Origin: an uncultured Gemmatimonadales bacterium
Lineage (GTDB): Bacteria; Gemmatimonadota; Gemmatimonadetes; Gemmatimonadales; GWC2-71-9
Length of the DNA stretch: 64,000 bases
Assembly: GCA_963742755.1 (NCBI GenBank)
Contig: CAVUMU010000002.1
Location: 21,430-85,429 of the forward strand
Direction of reading: 5' to 3'
Shown: positions 62,789 through 64,000 of the stretch, piece after piece
Position numbering within the stretch: position 1 is the stretch's first letter
Layout of the letters: each line of letters starts with the position of its first letter
The notes under the pieces: generated by a model
Seen by the model: only the letters and a program-made list of their open reading frames with translations
What the model was told of the DNA's origin: nothing
Databases searched by the model: none
Program-made: the position numbers and the translations under genes

Positions 62789-64000
62789 ATGCACCAACGT
62801 CTGATCAGGACGCTGGTCATCGCTATTTCCCTGAGCGGTTTTACACCCGCAGGGATACTTGCCGCCCAAACACTGACCCCCGCCGAACTGGCCCGAGTCG
62901 AGGACTGGTTCCGCCGGACTGCCGGCCGCACCGGGGACGGGCAGTGGGGCATCGCTATTGGCTCGATGGACGGCAGGGTCCTCTGGACCCTCAATCCTCA
63001 TCAGGAGCTGATTCCGGCCTCCACGGCCAAGGTGTTTACTGTGGGATTCTCCCGGGCCCGGGCAGGCGGCGGAGCACGCATTGCCACCCGGGTGATAGGT
63101 CGCGGCCGGCTCGATTCGACAACCGGGCGCTGGCAGGGTGGCTGGCAACTGGAGCTAGGCGGGGATCCGACGTTGGAGCGCTCCGGCCGGGCAGGCCCCA
63201 ACCTGCGTTCGCTCGCGCGGCAGCTTCGGGAGCGCGGAATCAGTACCCTCGAGGGCCCGCTCCTGCTCACCAGCCGCACCGGGCCTGCCGCCTCGAGCTA
63301 TCCCACGGTCTGGTCGACCGATTTCGCCGGCCAACTCTACGCGCCCCCAGTCGGGCCGGTCACCCTCCACGAGAACACCATCTCCCTGAACCTCAGGCCG
63401 GGGCGGGACGTTGGCTCGCCCCCGAGCTTCATCTGGGCCTACCCGGCTGGCGTGGACCGGCTGGTACGGATGAGCGCGACAACTGTAGGGGGAAGCCGTC
63501 GCAGGCTCGCTCTGATCGCCAACAGTGAAGGCGGCTGGACTCTGGCGGGCAGCATCGGAATCGACTCGAGAGTGGCGGGAATCTCCGCGGTGGCACACGA
63601 CCCGGTGAGTGTACTCGGCTATGCGTGGTCCGCAGCGCTGGAACATGCCGGCATCAAATGGGTCAACCGGACGGCTCCGCCCAGTATCTGGCCGGCGCTG
63701 CCGTCGGTACTGGCCAAAGTCGAGTCCGCTCCGTTCGACAGCGTGGCGGTGGAGATCAATCGCCGCAGCCTGAACATCGGGGCCGAGCTGGTGCTCCAGT
63801 GGGCCGCTGCAAGCCAGACATTGGGTCCCGCCCTGCTTACCCAGCACGTCCGCGACGTGGTGGGACCCCAGGCCCGAGTGCACCTGGTGGATGGCAGCGG
63901 CCTGAGCGAGCTCGACCGTGTCAGCGCGTTGACCACCATGCTTTATCTGGCCCGCTATCCTCAGCTCCGGGGGGCGGAGCGCTTTCCGCTACTGCTGCCT
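62789..64000 (+). CDS. dacB: D-alanyl-D-alanine carboxypeptidase/endopeptidase, PBP4 (S13) family; 3' end outside window
   Basis: This ORF is not in the supplied track because no stop is reached. Frame 2 is open from ATG 62789 to 64000. It has a signal peptide, SxxK 'PASTAKVFT', SxN 'RRSLNIGAE' and 'VDGSGLS'. Confidence 0.85.
   Translation, partial: MHQRLIRTLVIAISLSGFTPAGILAAQTLTPAELARVEDWFRRTAGRTGDGQWGIAIGSMDGRVLWTLNPHQELIPASTAKVFTVGFSRARAGGGARIATRVIGRGRLDSTTGRWQGGWQLELGGDPTLERSGRAGPNLRSLARQLRERGISTLEGPLLLTSRTGPAASSYPTVWSTDFAGQLYAPPVGPVTLHENTISLNLRPGRDVGSPPSFIWAYPAGVDRLVRMSATTVGGSRRRLALIANSEGGWTLAGSIGIDSRVAGISAVAHDPVSVLGYAWSAALEHAGIKWVNRTAPPSIWPALPSVLAKVESAPFDSVAVEINRRSLNIGAELVLQWAAASQTLGPALLTQHVRDVVGPQARVHLVDGSGLSELDRVSALTTMLYLARYPQLRGAERFPLLLP

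Noticed and set aside
62566-63528. 320-aa plus-strand ORF listed in the track.
   Set aside because: It is in the wrong frame. Frame 2 from ATG 62789 is open to the window end and carries the PBP4 SxxK, SxN and DGSGLS motifs. That ORF is absent from the track only because it has no stop within the window.

Overview
High-GC (roughly two-thirds G+C by eye), gene-dense chromosomal segment with about 60 protein genes. I found no rRNA, tRNA, CRISPR array, transposase, integrase or prophage block. The taxon is uncertain; PEGA-domain kinases and GTCATCCTGAGCGAAGCG-type hairpin repeats suggest a soil Gemmatimonadota- or Acidobacteriota-like organism, which is inference only.

Recognisable content, in order:
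- S46 peptidase (3' part) and the methionine-salvage genes mtnB-mtnD-mtnC.
- A small molybdopterin oxidoreductase and a Lig1/LigB-type ATP-dependent DNA ligase.
- A MacAB-like efflux operon (adaptor, ATPase, two FtsX-type permeases).
- An uncharacterised membrane gene pair.
- EamA, ABM, CGNR zinc-finger and PadR genes; RmuC; a Vgb-like propeller; DinB; DoxX; a 1476-aa Lhr helicase.
- A MerR/B12-binding (CarH/LitR-like) regulator with an SDR-DUF2867 partner.
- DUF378, fasciclin and YihY genes.
- Two tandem Zn-ribbon/PEGA Ser/Thr kinases followed by an 882-aa coiled-coil protein.
- A DUF892/DUF3618/Holin-X stress operon.
- DUF72, then ku divergent from ligD-hydrolase-UvrD::exonuclease-NlpC/P60.
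- CMD, SDR, rpsU, an alpha/beta hydrolase, YcdZ, a dynamin-like GTPase, csp, and a sigma-70 family factor.
- AlaX, an M29 aminopeptidase, an ATP-grasp plus Zn-ribbon metallopeptidase pair, and a partial PBP4 gene.

Most noteworthy observations:
1. An NHEJ locus in which ligD is chained by GTGA overlaps to a serine hydrolase and to a UvrD helicase carrying an inserted DEDDh exonuclease.
2. A translationally coupled pair made of a polytopic coiled-coil membrane protein and a membrane-anchored vWA-like protein, which I cannot assign to any family.
3. Two genes whose conserved N-termini can only be reached from CTG starts embedded in CTGA stop/start overlaps.
4. A pair of near-consensus divergent promoters with GTTAGAC repeats, and a probably leaderless start, at the B12-MerR regulator.
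5. A family of REP-like hairpins plus many 7-9 nt tandem micro-arrays, some inside coding sequence.

All function calls rest on motif recognition by eye. No database search was run.
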